A stretch of DNA of 64,000 nucleotides, taken from a virus (Duplodnaviria > Caudoviricetes). Positions 55,930 through 64,000 of this stretch are shown here, in pieces. The stretch is from positions 10,582 through 74,581 of the IMG/VR virus record IMGVR_UViG_2593339273_000007, one strand, 5' to 3'. The translations under genes were made by a program, and so were the position numbers. Below the pieces are notes generated by a model that worked only from the letters and a program-made list of their open reading frames with translations, was not told the DNA's origin and did not search any database. Within the stretch, counting starts at the first letter, position 1; every line of letters begins with the position of its first letter.

Positions 55930-56391
55930 TTAAAAACTCCCTGGTGTAAACGTTGGAGCAGCACTTTCTTTAGGCTCATAAAATTTCTTAATTTCATTTG
56001 ATTGCATTGTATCTCCACTATTAGAAACCCAGTCTCTTATGCTTACCTTACACCTTCCTTTTGCTCCAATAACTAAATTCCAATTCATCTTTAACGGCTG
56101 TCCCTTTTTCTTTTGACCTATTGATGTGAAAAATTCAGACAAAAACCCCTCAGTTCTCTGGTGCAAAAGTAAGCTGTGTTGAATAATATTTACACCTTCA
56201 ACTGTCTCTATTTTTATTTTAAGAATTGCCTTATTGCATGGTGGCATTTTCTCGCTGCCATTATGTCTAGCTCTTTCAAAAGATATTACCTCAAAATCAT
56301 AATCTCCTGCAGGCAGAAGTATAAACTCTGGACCTTCTTTGTTTATCTCGTCATCCCATCCTAATTCTCTTTCATTCATTAAATTTGTCAT
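55930..56391 (-). CDS. phage SSB-like protein (DUF669)
   Basis: LLPAGDYDFEV, position after the Sak4-like ATPase. Confidence 0.7.
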   Translation of the reverse strand: MTNLMNERELGWDDEINKEGPEFILLPAGDYDFEVISFERARHNGSEKMPPCNKAILKIKIETVEGVNIIQHSLLLHQRTEGFLSEFFTSIGQKKKGQPLKMNWNLVIGAKGRCKVSIRDWVSNSGDTMQSNEIKKFYEPKESAAPTFTPGSF

Positions 56392-56393
56392 AA

Positions 56394-57527
56394 TTACATT
56401 CCTCCTTTAATCATTGCGTAAACTTGTTCCCATGCTCCAACTAATACACCAGAAACGAATCCTGGATCATAATTTTCAATTGGTGTCCCTGAAGGATAAT
56501 ACCCTTTCAGAGATACCACATTTTGTATTTGCTCTACAGTTACATTGTTTTGTATCATCAAATCGTTTAATGCTTTGTTTCCAACTAATTGTTTAGATTT
56601 ATCATTATCAAATGGTGTGCTAATATCCACTGACTCAAATTTTGCGACATCATTACTTGAATCTGATTTATCGTTACTATCAATCTTATTTATGTTATCA
56701 ACTTGATCAACTGATTTATTATCATCCTTTATATTCTCATTTTTTTCAATTTTGCTTTCTTTGTGATTATTTTGAATTTCTTTCAATTCTTTATCTCTTA
56801 AATCTTTCAAGAAAAATCTTTCTATTTCTTTATAATCAAAGTCTAATTTATCAGCCAATCCTTTTCTATTTTTGGCATCCCAGCTTGGTGTATGAGTCGT
56901 ATACATAACCCTCTTTCCACCTTGAGCTTTATTTTTACCTTTTACTGCACCTTGATTATCCACATTAATAACATGAGTTTCATAGTTAGCAAATAAAACC
57001 ATATCTGCCCACTCTTTTAGTAATGGTGCCGTTTTTTTCTGCAACTTTAACTCCCACCTGTCATATGCTCCTAATTCGTCAGGTTGTTCGAATTTTGTTA
57101 TTTTAGCATGTGCGCATATTACAACATTTATTCCCATATCTACAATGTCCTGCAAAGAATTTAGAAACCTACCAAACTCTTCTTCTAGATAAGTGTATCC
57201 TTTTCCATAACCTATTCCCTCTATTCCATTTATTTGAAATTTATTGCAGATTTCTTCAATTATTAACCTTTCAGTCCAGTCAGCTGTATCAATAACTAGT
57301 GTTCTGAATTCAGTGTATCCACATTTCAACATTGATATTTGTTGCTTTAAAATAGCATAACTTGAAGGAGTTGGCGTTCTGATTATATCAAGCTCTGAAC
57401 TGCCTGATTCAACATCTATGAATACAGGTTCTGGGAATTTGGATGCAAATGTTGATTTCCCTATCCCTTCTGGTCCATAAATAACCACCTTTTGGGCTTT
57501 TTCCTGCTTTCCTTTAATAAGATCCAT
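56394..57527 (-). CDS. Sak4-like AAA_24 recombination ATPase
   Basis: YGPEGIGKSTFA, LVIDTAD, GYGKGY, KEWADMVLF, WDAKNR. Confidence 0.88.
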   Translation of the reverse strand: MDLIKGKQEKAQKVVIYGPEGIGKSTFASKFPEPVFIDVESGSSELDIIRTPTPSSYAILKQQISMLKCGYTEFRTLVIDTADWTERLIIEEICNKFQINGIEGIGYGKGYTYLEEEFGRFLNSLQDIVDMGINVVICAHAKITKFEQPDELGAYDRWELKLQKKTAPLLKEWADMVLFANYETHVINVDNQGAVKGKNKAQGGKRVMYTTHTPSWDAKNRKGLADKLDFDYKEIERFFLKDLRDKELKEIQNNHKESKIEKNENIKDDNKSVDQVDNINKIDSNDKSDSSNDVAKFESVDISTPFDNDKSKQLVGNKALNDLMIQNNVTVEQIQNVVSLKGYYPSGTPIENYDPGFVSGVLVGAWEQVYAMIKGGM

Positions 57528-58843
57528 TAAAATTCACCTGCCTTCCATTTAGGCTCTTCTATCACATTGTTACTATCTTTATCTAACACATAACCATCTT
57601 CTATAATAATGCTGCATTCATCACCCTTTGATACCCTAGTAGCTATTACTTGAAGACCTTCAGACTCTAGCCAAGCACCAAAATCCTTTAAGGTATCAAG
57701 ATCCATTTGCTCTAACTTATCCATCAATACAAATCCACACGATGGATTTAACTTTCTTACTATCGCAGTAGATACTTTCAACTGGTCGGCTCCACTCATA
57801 TTATCCCACTTAAAGCCACTGTATAAAAGTTCTCCATCCTCAACCATAAGCCCTGAAAGTGGTAAATTAGCGCTAGCAAGCAATTCTGTTTTTTTCTTCC
57901 TTACATCACTTAATTCGCTTGTCAATGAATCATATTGTTCTTTATATTCCTTAGCATCTTCTTCTGCTTTTTCTTTGTATAGATTTGCTCTTACCTTTTC
58001 ATTGATTTTTTCTATATTTTCAATGCTTGCCTCAAGTTCAGCAGTAGATTCATCATTCAACTCTTCAACTGTTTTTTTCGCATTCAATATTTTTTCTGCT
58101 CTGTCATTTAATCTTGACATTACTTCTTTTTTCTTAGCTTCTAATTCGTATATTTTTTCTTCAATATTCTTAAAGGCTTCTTGGTCTGATTCTTGCTCAA
58201 TTACAAGCGTTCTTAAATTGTCTCTTTGCCTTTGATTCTCACCATTTTTAGCAAGTATATTCTGCTGCTTTTTAATTAAATCAGATGCAGATATTAGAGT
58301 TTGAGGGGCATCAGGATAATAAGTCTGTTCCTTCGCAAACTTCTCCTTTTGATCTTTAATCTGACCTATTGCATGCCTCTTATTGTATATTTCAGTTTCC
58401 TTTTGCTCTAACTCAAATAACTTATCTCCAACGCCTATTATTTGAAGCAATGTATTTGCCTTTTCTTTATTAGTTTGATTCATAAACTTAGGTAGGTTTA
58501 AAGCCAACTCTTCAACAAAACTATCTAATAACTGCTGTCCTGCTTTCTCACCTTTGGGATCTATTACCTTAAGGTCTGAATTTTTACCCTTACGCTCTAC
58601 AATTAACCCATTATTCATAGTAATCTTTAGATTCGGTGGTATTACTGAACCTTCACGCTGTGCATTAGACGGCTTATACCTATTTCCACCTAGTACCCAA
58701 GCTATTGAATCAAGAACAGATGTTTTTCCTTGATTATTATTGCCACCAATTATCGTAAGACCATTTTCTGATGGCTTAAGCTGTACAGCCTTTACTCTTT
58801 TTACGTTTTCTATTTCCAATTTATTTATCTTTATCTGTTCCAT
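57527..58843 (-). CDS. SMC/AAA_23-like coiled-coil ATPase
   Basis: GGNNNQGKTS, long coiled coil, MSGADQ signature, MDKLE. Confidence 0.85.
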   Translation of the reverse strand: MEQIKINKLEIENVKRVKAVQLKPSENGLTIIGGNNNQGKTSVLDSIAWVLGGNRYKPSNAQREGSVIPPNLKITMNNGLIVERKGKNSDLKVIDPKGEKAGQQLLDSFVEELALNLPKFMNQTNKEKANTLLQIIGVGDKLFELEQKETEIYNKRHAIGQIKDQKEKFAKEQTYYPDAPQTLISASDLIKKQQNILAKNGENQRQRDNLRTLVIEQESDQEAFKNIEEKIYELEAKKKEVMSRLNDRAEKILNAKKTVEELNDESTAELEASIENIEKINEKVRANLYKEKAEEDAKEYKEQYDSLTSELSDVRKKKTELLASANLPLSGLMVEDGELLYSGFKWDNMSGADQLKVSTAIVRKLNPSCGFVLMDKLEQMDLDTLKDFGAWLESEGLQVIATRVSKGDECSIIIEDGYVLDKDSNNVIEEPKWKAGEF

Positions 58844-58853
58844 AAAGCCTCCA

Positions 58854-59036
58854 TTATTCTATTATTTCAGAATGTTCATATGCAAATGCTATCATTTTGT
58901 TTAATATTGTATGTTTTTGCAAATCCGTTTTTTCTACAATTTCTTCAATAATGTCCATTGATTCATTGCTAACTCTTACAGTTCTAGCCCATCCATCTTT
59001 TGTTTTTCTCTTTGACTTAAAAATTAACTTTTCCAT
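58854..59036 (-). CDS. small DNA-binding-like phage protein
   Basis: GGAGG RBS; ribbon-helix-helix-like TVRVS.. Confidence 0.55.
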   Translation of the reverse strand: MEKLIFKSKRKTKDGWARTVRVSNESMDIIEEIVEKTDLQKHTILNKMIAFAYEHSEIIE

Positions 59037-59474
59037 AAAACCTCCAAATATGTTATAATTTAATTAATGTTATTTTTTTGAGCGATTGACTGATATATTT
59101 AGTCGTCGCTCTCTTCATTTTCCTCATATAACCATCCCTTATAATCATCTGATTCTAGAAATATTAAATAATCTTGATATTCTTGATTAATCATTTTTTC
59201 ATCACTCTCTTTAAATATTATCTTGAATAATACTTACTACATCATCAAAAGTTAATCCATATTTATCCATCAACTCTATTAATCTTTCATATGCATCTTT
59301 CGTTTTATTATCCATGCTGCACTCCTATTCATTTTATTCCTCAACTTTTATTCATTCACCCATTTTAAATAAGCTGTTATGTATTGAGCGAAAAACTCAA
59401 TCACAATCAACGCAGCGTATTTTATCGCCCCTAACCAGTCCCTTATTTGCTTATCTTCCATATTCTCCTCCCAC

Positions 59475-59678
59475 TTAAAGCTCTTTTACATTAAATGGAT
59501 CAGTTACATCTCTACCAACACACCACTCTTTAAATGCTTCTAGGTCTTGTTCTCTCACTTTCCATCTACCTAACTTCATAAATTTCAAAAGACCCGCTTT
59601 TTTGTAGTTGTACACAGTGCTTTTATTCACTCCTAAATGTTCTGCTACCTTTTCAACTGTTAGTAATTCTTTCATCAC
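59475..59678 (-). CDS. excisionase-like HTH_17 protein
   Basis: LLTVEKVAEHLGVNKSTVYNY..GLL..KLGRWKV. Confidence 0.8.
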   Translation of the reverse strand: MMKELLTVEKVAEHLGVNKSTVYNYKKAGLLKFMKLGRWKVREQDLEAFKEWCVGRDVTDPFNVKEL

Positions 59679-59859
59679 ATCTCACCTCACTTTCTAATCT
59701 TGGTTTGTTCAATTAGTATATTAGTTCCTACTACTTAAGTCGTTGATTGTGTTTTTAATGCCATAAATCAACGGCTTTCTTCATTAGTCGCCTTAGCTCA
59801 TCATCTTCTTTTTTTCTAAAAAAACTGATATAATATAAGTAAGAACAGGAGGTACTCAC

Positions 59860-60309
59860 ATGAACTTACAAATAATATCACAACAATATATGCTACCAAT
59901 TTTAATTGGTGTGTGTTCTTCTTTAGCAACTACATACTTAAAAGAATACTTAAATCGTAAAGTCTTCAAACTAAAAAGACTAGAGGAAAAATATCAAAAT
60001 TTCTACTTGCCCTTTGTTGACCTGTACAACACAAATGTTTTTGGAGCAACTAACTTTACAGACTTCACACCAGAACTACAAAAAGAATTCTATGACATGG
60101 TCACTCGGTATGAATATCGTTATAAAGACTCTGTAACTTACGATTTAATTTATTGCTTCAAATCAGCATTCAACATGAAATTCGCACCAGACTTCGACCA
60201 AATCATGACTTATGATGATTACGTAAAAAGTCTAAACGATAACTTCAATAATCTTGTTACTCGAATGCTTGACCTACAAGAAAACGCAAGAGAAGAACTC
60301 AAGTATTAA
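59860..60309 (+). CDS. hypothetical protein with N-terminal TM (counter-oriented moron)
   Basis: TGnTATAAT at 59826-59834 and GGAGG RBS. Confidence 0.75.
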   Translation: MNLQIISQQYMLPILIGVCSSLATTYLKEYLNRKVFKLKRLEEKYQNFYLPFVDLYNTNVFGATNFTDFTPELQKEFYDMVTRYEYRYKDSVTYDLIYCFKSAFNMKFAPDFDQIMTYDDYVKSLNDNFNNLVTRMLDLQENAREELKY

Positions 60310-60311
60310 AT

Positions 60312-60506
60312 TTACTTTATACCTTTTTTCTCTCTTAACTCCCTGTAGTATCGTTCATATCGGTCTCCGGGGAGTTCTATTTTCTTTTTTTTCTTGAATA
60401 TTCTAAAAATCTTAAATGAGTATTCCCCTTTAAATCCTTGAATTATAAACCATACTAGGTTGAACAATAAGCAACCAAGCATACCAAGTGCAAATTGTAT
60501 TAACAT
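60312..60506 (-). CDS. small membrane protein
   Basis: N-terminal TM, basic tail, GGAGAG RBS. Confidence 0.55.
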   Translation of the reverse strand: MLIQFALGMLGCLLFNLVWFIIQGFKGEYSFKIFRIFKKKKKIELPGDRYERYYRELREKKGIK

Positions 60507-60647
60507 CTCTCATCACTCTCCTATCGTTGATTGTGTTCCCTTGTGCTATAATCTAGTTATCAGCATTATTTAATATTAATTTCACCCATGCTATAATGTA
60601 ATTGGGTATTGCCGTACCCAGTACATATAGAAAGGTGGTGAATTATC

Positions 60648-60860
60648 ATGTATACAAAGAAATTTGAATTTTACTCTGGTTACTGTCCTGAATTTTATGA
60701 AAATCAAACCCTAGAGATAACATATGTTGAAGCTAGTGTATTAGGCACTTACAAAAAGCAAAGAAAAGTTTTGAGTGCTAATTGCCCAAATAGCAATCTC
60801 TGTAATTTAGGGAATGATTGCCCTATTTTAAAAAAAGCAATCACAGTCATTCAAAAGTAA
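60648..60860 (+). CDS. small Cys-rich hypothetical protein (counter-oriented moron)
   Basis: TGnTATAAT at 60589-60597, AAGGTGG RBS; GYCP...CPNSNLC..DCPI. Confidence 0.7.
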   Translation: MYTKKFEFYSGYCPEFYENQTLEITYVEASVLGTYKKQRKVLSANCPNSNLCNLGNDCPILKKAITVIQK

Positions 60861-60871
60861 ATATATCTTTC

Positions 60872-61123
60872 TTAAAGCCCTACCCAACAGTAGGGCTTTT
60901 CCTTTGTATCCATGACCCTTCTATCTGCCCAATCTACAATCCCCTCTATTACTTCTTCCGGCACTCTGTCATCATTTAAAAAGCCATTAACAATAGCTAT
61001 AAGTAACTCCCTTTCAGTTATGATTTTAGTCAAAAACCCTTGGTTTACTGCTACAGACTCGTCTGTAATTACTGCTTGTGTAAAAGTAAGCATTCCCGGA
61101 AATTGTCTAACGTATTTTCTCAT
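60872..61123 (-). CDS. hypothetical phage protein
   Basis: GAGGTG RBS; downstream of cro. Confidence 0.65.
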   Translation of the reverse strand: MRKYVRQFPGMLTFTQAVITDESVAVNQGFLTKIITERELLIAIVNGFLNDDRVPEEVIEGIVDWADRRVMDTKEKPYCWVGL

Positions 61124-61190
61124 TCATCTCACCTCACTTTCTTATTTTCTTTTAAAATACTATTAAATAGTAGTTTATTATTAAAAAAAA

Positions 61191-61406
61191 TTAAACTTCA
61201 AACACGCCATCATTAACTGATGGAACTTTAACATTATCTTGCGATATTTGGCATATATTACAAAATTCATTAAATTTATTCATGGGTATAGCAGTGTTTC
61301 CACTCTCCCAATTAGATATTGTCTTTGCAGTTGTATTCATTTTCTTAGCTAAAACAGTTTGAGTTAAACCTGCATTAACTCTAGCCGCCTTTAAGGTTAT
61401 TCCCAT
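61191..61406 (-). CDS. Cro-like HTH repressor
   Basis: TLKAARVNAGLTQ..ISNWESG; divergent from cI. Confidence 0.88.
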   Translation of the reverse strand: MGITLKAARVNAGLTQTVLAKKMNTTAKTISNWESGNTAIPMNKFNEFCNICQISQDNVKVPSVNDGVFEV

Positions 61407-61549
61407 TTTTACACCTCCTTTACATATTAAAAATAAATTTTACTTTCATTGAAATTTCAATAATAGTAAGGATACAAATAAGTATCAAAATCCAAAATAT
61501 TGCTTTTTTGTAGTTTTTCATATATAATATGAGTAAGTTACTAGGGGGA

Positions 61550-61678
61550 TTATCTCCCCCAATTCTTAATTATTAAGATGATTATATCTAGCATTTTTTC
61601 AATCAAACTTATAATGGCGGTTATTAGTAGGATTTTTGCTAGTTTGTAATCATCTTTTTTATTGCGTTTCTTACTCAC
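61550..61678 (-). CDS. 42-aa basic/hydrophobic peptide
   Basis: AGGAGGTG RBS, GTG start; MSKKRNKKDDYKLAKILLITAIISLIEKMLDIIILIIKNWGR*. Confidence 0.6.
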   Translation of the reverse strand: MSKKRNKKDDYKLAKILLITAIISLIEKMLDIIILIIKNWGR

Positions 61679-61698
61679 TTATCTCACCTCCTGACTAT

Positions 61699-61796
61699 AG
61701 TATACTACCATTTAATGGTAGTGTCAACTATTTTTTAGTAGTTTTTTTCTTTTTTTTGAAATTTTATATTGATTTTTTACCTTTAAATGGTATAAT
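61699..61796. promoter_or_regulatory. lysis/lysogeny switch: divergent promoters and operators
   Basis: Leftward TTGACA(61727-22)-17-TATACT with the palindrome actaccat-tta-atggtagt in its spacer. Rightward TTGATT-16-TATAAT with the related tacctttaaatggta. Confidence 0.82.
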
Positions 61797-61816
61797 ATGA
61801 TTAACGGGAGGTAGAT

Positions 61817-62266
61817 ATGAATAATAAAGAAGTATTTTCAAAAAATTTGTATATTCAGTTAGAATTACATAATATGACAAGAGCGGATTTAGCAAGAACA
61901 CTAGGATATCCTGAAACTACAGTTTCAAATTGGGCAAATGCAGTTAGTTATCCCCGTATCGACAAAATACAAGAAATGGCTGATTTTTTTGGTGTTCTAA
62001 AATCTGATTTAACAGAAGATAAATCAACACCAAACTTATCAAATACAAAAAAATTGACAGAAAAAGAGGAACTACTGTTAGACAAATACAATAAATTAAA
62101 CGATTTTGGTCAAACTGAAGCAATTAAAAGAGTTTCAGAACTTACAGAAATAGAAAAATACACTACAAAAACAGTAATCCATGTTATGGCTGCACACAAT
62201 GATGATAATAGTCCTGAACAGATAGAATTAATGAGAAAAGATTTAGAGGAGATGGATAAATGGTAA
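61817..62266 (+). CDS. CI/ImmR-like HTH repressor
   Basis: HTH_3 (TVSNW..YPRIDKIQEMADFFGVLKSDL), C-terminal AAH motif, followed by an ImmA-like domain. Confidence 0.9.
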   Translation: MNNKEVFSKNLYIQLELHNMTRADLARTLGYPETTVSNWANAVSYPRIDKIQEMADFFGVLKSDLTEDKSTPNLSNTKKLTEKEELLLDKYNKLNDFGQTEAIKRVSELTEIEKYTTKTVIHVMAAHNDDNSPEQIELMRKDLEEMDKW

Positions 62267-63690
62267 ATGCCTCACTATCTGTATACGAGGAAATGCTAGA
62301 AGAGGCTTATAAAAATGGACTTATCGTTAAAGAAGTAGAATTGCAAAGTAGCGCTTTAGGGTTAATAAGAGATAATAAAATTGCAATTAATAAAATGATC
62401 GATTCTCAACGTGAGAAAAATTGTGTTCTTGCCGAAGAACTAGGACATTATTACACTTCCGTTGGCGATATACTAGACCTAAACAATATTTCCAATAACC
62501 AGCAAGAAATTAAAGCTAGGGGAGTGGCTTACAACAAATTAATCCCGTTGAAGAAAATTGGAATTTTTAAAATCATCAAATATGGATTATTATTTTTCTT
62601 TGCAATATTTCTTGCGCCTTTGGCAATAGTATTGGCTGGAATATACGGTATATATTATGCGAAGAAAAATAAATTTAAAATACAAGAAAAATTCAACCTA
62701 CCCAAAAACAAATGGTACTCAAATCCCGTTTTATATTCACTAATAGCTTTTGTTTTATCTTTTTTCGTTGCGGGCAAAGTCGGAGATGCTATATATTTAA
62801 ACTCATCTCAACAAACAGTAACTCAGCAAACTAAAAAACAGGAAAAAGTTGGTAATGAACATTCTAATAATAATTCTAAAAAAGTTATTGTAGCCGATAA
62901 AGAGATTGAAAATAACGATAAAGCTAAGAAAGAAACGGAAACTAAAGAGTCTGTAGATAACTCAATTAATAAAAACACTAACTCTTTCGCTGAGGCAAAA
63001 GTAACAAAAGTCGTTGATGGGGATACAATATACGTTAATTTAGATAATAAAGAGTACAAAATTAGAATGATAGGCGTAGATACTCCTGAGACTGTTCACC
63101 CTAGTAACCCAGTTCAATTTTATGGAAAAGAAGCTAGTGATTTTACAAAAAACTCACTAAACTCTAAAACTGTGTATCTCCAAAAAGATGTTTCTGAAAC
63201 TGATAAATATGGCAGACTTTTGAGATATGTGTGGTTGGCACGACCAAATACGAACGAACCAACAGAAGATGAAATTATCGATAAAATGTTTAATGCAAAA
63301 CTTATAAAAGATGGGTACGGTCAAGCTTATACATATCAACCCGATAGTAAATATAGCGAATTTTTTAATAAATTGCAAAAGGAAGCTAGAAATAACGGAA
63401 TTGGATTGTGGAATGAAGCTAAATCACAAGAATTTAATCAAACTGCTGATTCAAATTCTACTAACTCAAAATCCGTCAATCCAAATTCAGAAAGCACTGA
63501 TTCGAGCAATAGCTTTGGAAAGGATTATAGCGCTGACACAACATATGGAAAAATTAAGGGTAATAGCAAGAGTATGATATATCATGTTCCTGGTGGTGCT
63601 TCATACAATAAAATTAGTAAAAACAATGTTGTTTATTTTAATTCAGAGGAAGAAGCCCAGGCGGCAGGATACAGAAGAGCGAAAAGATAA
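62260..63690 (+). CDS. fusion: ImmA/IrrE-like metallopeptidase fragment + TM + thermonuclease (SNase) + Ada-like C-terminal domain
   Basis: CVLAEELGHYYTSVGDI..QEIKAR; two hydrophobic segments; VVDGDT, RMIGVDTPE, DKYGRLLRYV; IKGN..IYHVPG..FNSEEEAQAAGYR. Confidence 0.85.
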   Translation: MVNASLSVYEEMLEEAYKNGLIVKEVELQSSALGLIRDNKIAINKMIDSQREKNCVLAEELGHYYTSVGDILDLNNISNNQQEIKARGVAYNKLIPLKKIGIFKIIKYGLLFFFAIFLAPLAIVLAGIYGIYYAKKNKFKIQEKFNLPKNKWYSNPVLYSLIAFVLSFFVAGKVGDAIYLNSSQQTVTQQTKKQEKVGNEHSNNNSKKVIVADKEIENNDKAKKETETKESVDNSINKNTNSFAEAKVTKVVDGDTIYVNLDNKEYKIRMIGVDTPETVHPSNPVQFYGKEASDFTKNSLNSKTVYLQKDVSETDKYGRLLRYVWLARPNTNEPTEDEIIDKMFNAKLIKDGYGQAYTYQPDSKYSEFFNKLQKEARNNGIGLWNEAKSQEFNQTADSNSTNSKSVNPNSESTDSSNSFGKDYSADTTYGKIKGNSKSMIYHVPGGASYNKISKNNVVYFNSEEEAQAAGYRRAKR

Positions 63691-63850
63691 ATTTTTATAA
63701 TAAGGAATTATAATTGTACCTTGAAAATTAAATAGTTACAGACACTTAAACATAATTGCATTATTCATGATACTGTAATATAATAGTAATATAACTTGTT
63801 GATAAATATGTAGATAAAATGTGGAAAAATAATAAGGAGGTGTAGTAGAC

Positions 63851-64000
63851 ATGACTACTCTATTTGAAGTTGCAAAAAACTTTCTTGACAGAGAGCCTAG
63901 TATGTCTCTTAAGAAACTACAAAAATTGTGTTGGTATGCATACAGCTGGTTTATTGCTCTAAATAATGAACCAGATGAAGAAAATTTAGCTTTATTGTTC
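63851..64000 (+). CDS. Panacea/DUF4065 (SocA/GepA-like) antitoxin-domain protein, 5' part
   Basis: AAGGAGG RBS; MTTLFEVAKNFL..MSLKKLQKLCWYAYSW; runs off the window. Confidence 0.8.
   Translation, partial: MTTLFEVAKNFLDREPSMSLKKLQKLCWYAYSWFIALNNEPDEENLALLF

Larger units (their letters stand above)
34571..64000. mobile_element. temperate prophage, contractile-tailed (Xkd/PBSX-like tail), interrupted by the ICE stack; continues right
   Basis: Complete order: tail, head, portal, terminase, late regulator, replication, cro/cI. Confidence 0.95.

Noticed and set aside
2044-58235. Numerous plus-strand ORFs antisense to long minus-strand genes (e.g. 2044-2541, 15090-15629, 29042-29879, 55068-55517)
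   Set aside because: Ser/Phe/Leu-rich shadow frames of AT-rich genes, with no RBS or recognisable motifs.
59095-59465. Three 30-37-aa minus-strand ORFs in the early region
   Set aside because: Plausible phage micro-genes with RBS-like sequences, but too short and featureless to support a call.

Overview
Low-GC Firmicute (probably Clostridia/Tissierellia) window made entirely of nested mobile DNA. 1-32402 is part of a conjugative ICE, all on the minus strand. It carries parAB, repA_N, dnaC-like, virD4, virB6, prgI, virB4, a CHAP hydrolase, topB and the start of a giant primase/ArdC-like protein. Its cargo includes an AbiE toxin-antitoxin pair, a closticin-574-like bacteriocin locus, three DNA methyltransferases, a CnaB/LPXTG adhesin and a resolvase. 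32403-34570 is a 2.17-kb mini-element (serine recombinase plus a membrane/Zn-ribbon gene) stacked on the ICE end. Both element ends share a 258-bp repeat encoding the rumA/rlmD-type C-terminus HVETIVLLSRK*, yet the stack sits in the 3' end of a prophage tail gene instead of rumA. 34534-64000 is a temperate myovirus-type prophage (tail, head, packaging, replication, lysogeny switch). It carries a MuF polymorphic toxin with an unannotated immunity ORF, a two-gene defence-like moron and an ImmA-protease/thermonuclease fusion. No rRNA, tRNA or CRISPR array was seen. All family calls come from motif recognition by eye, not database searches.
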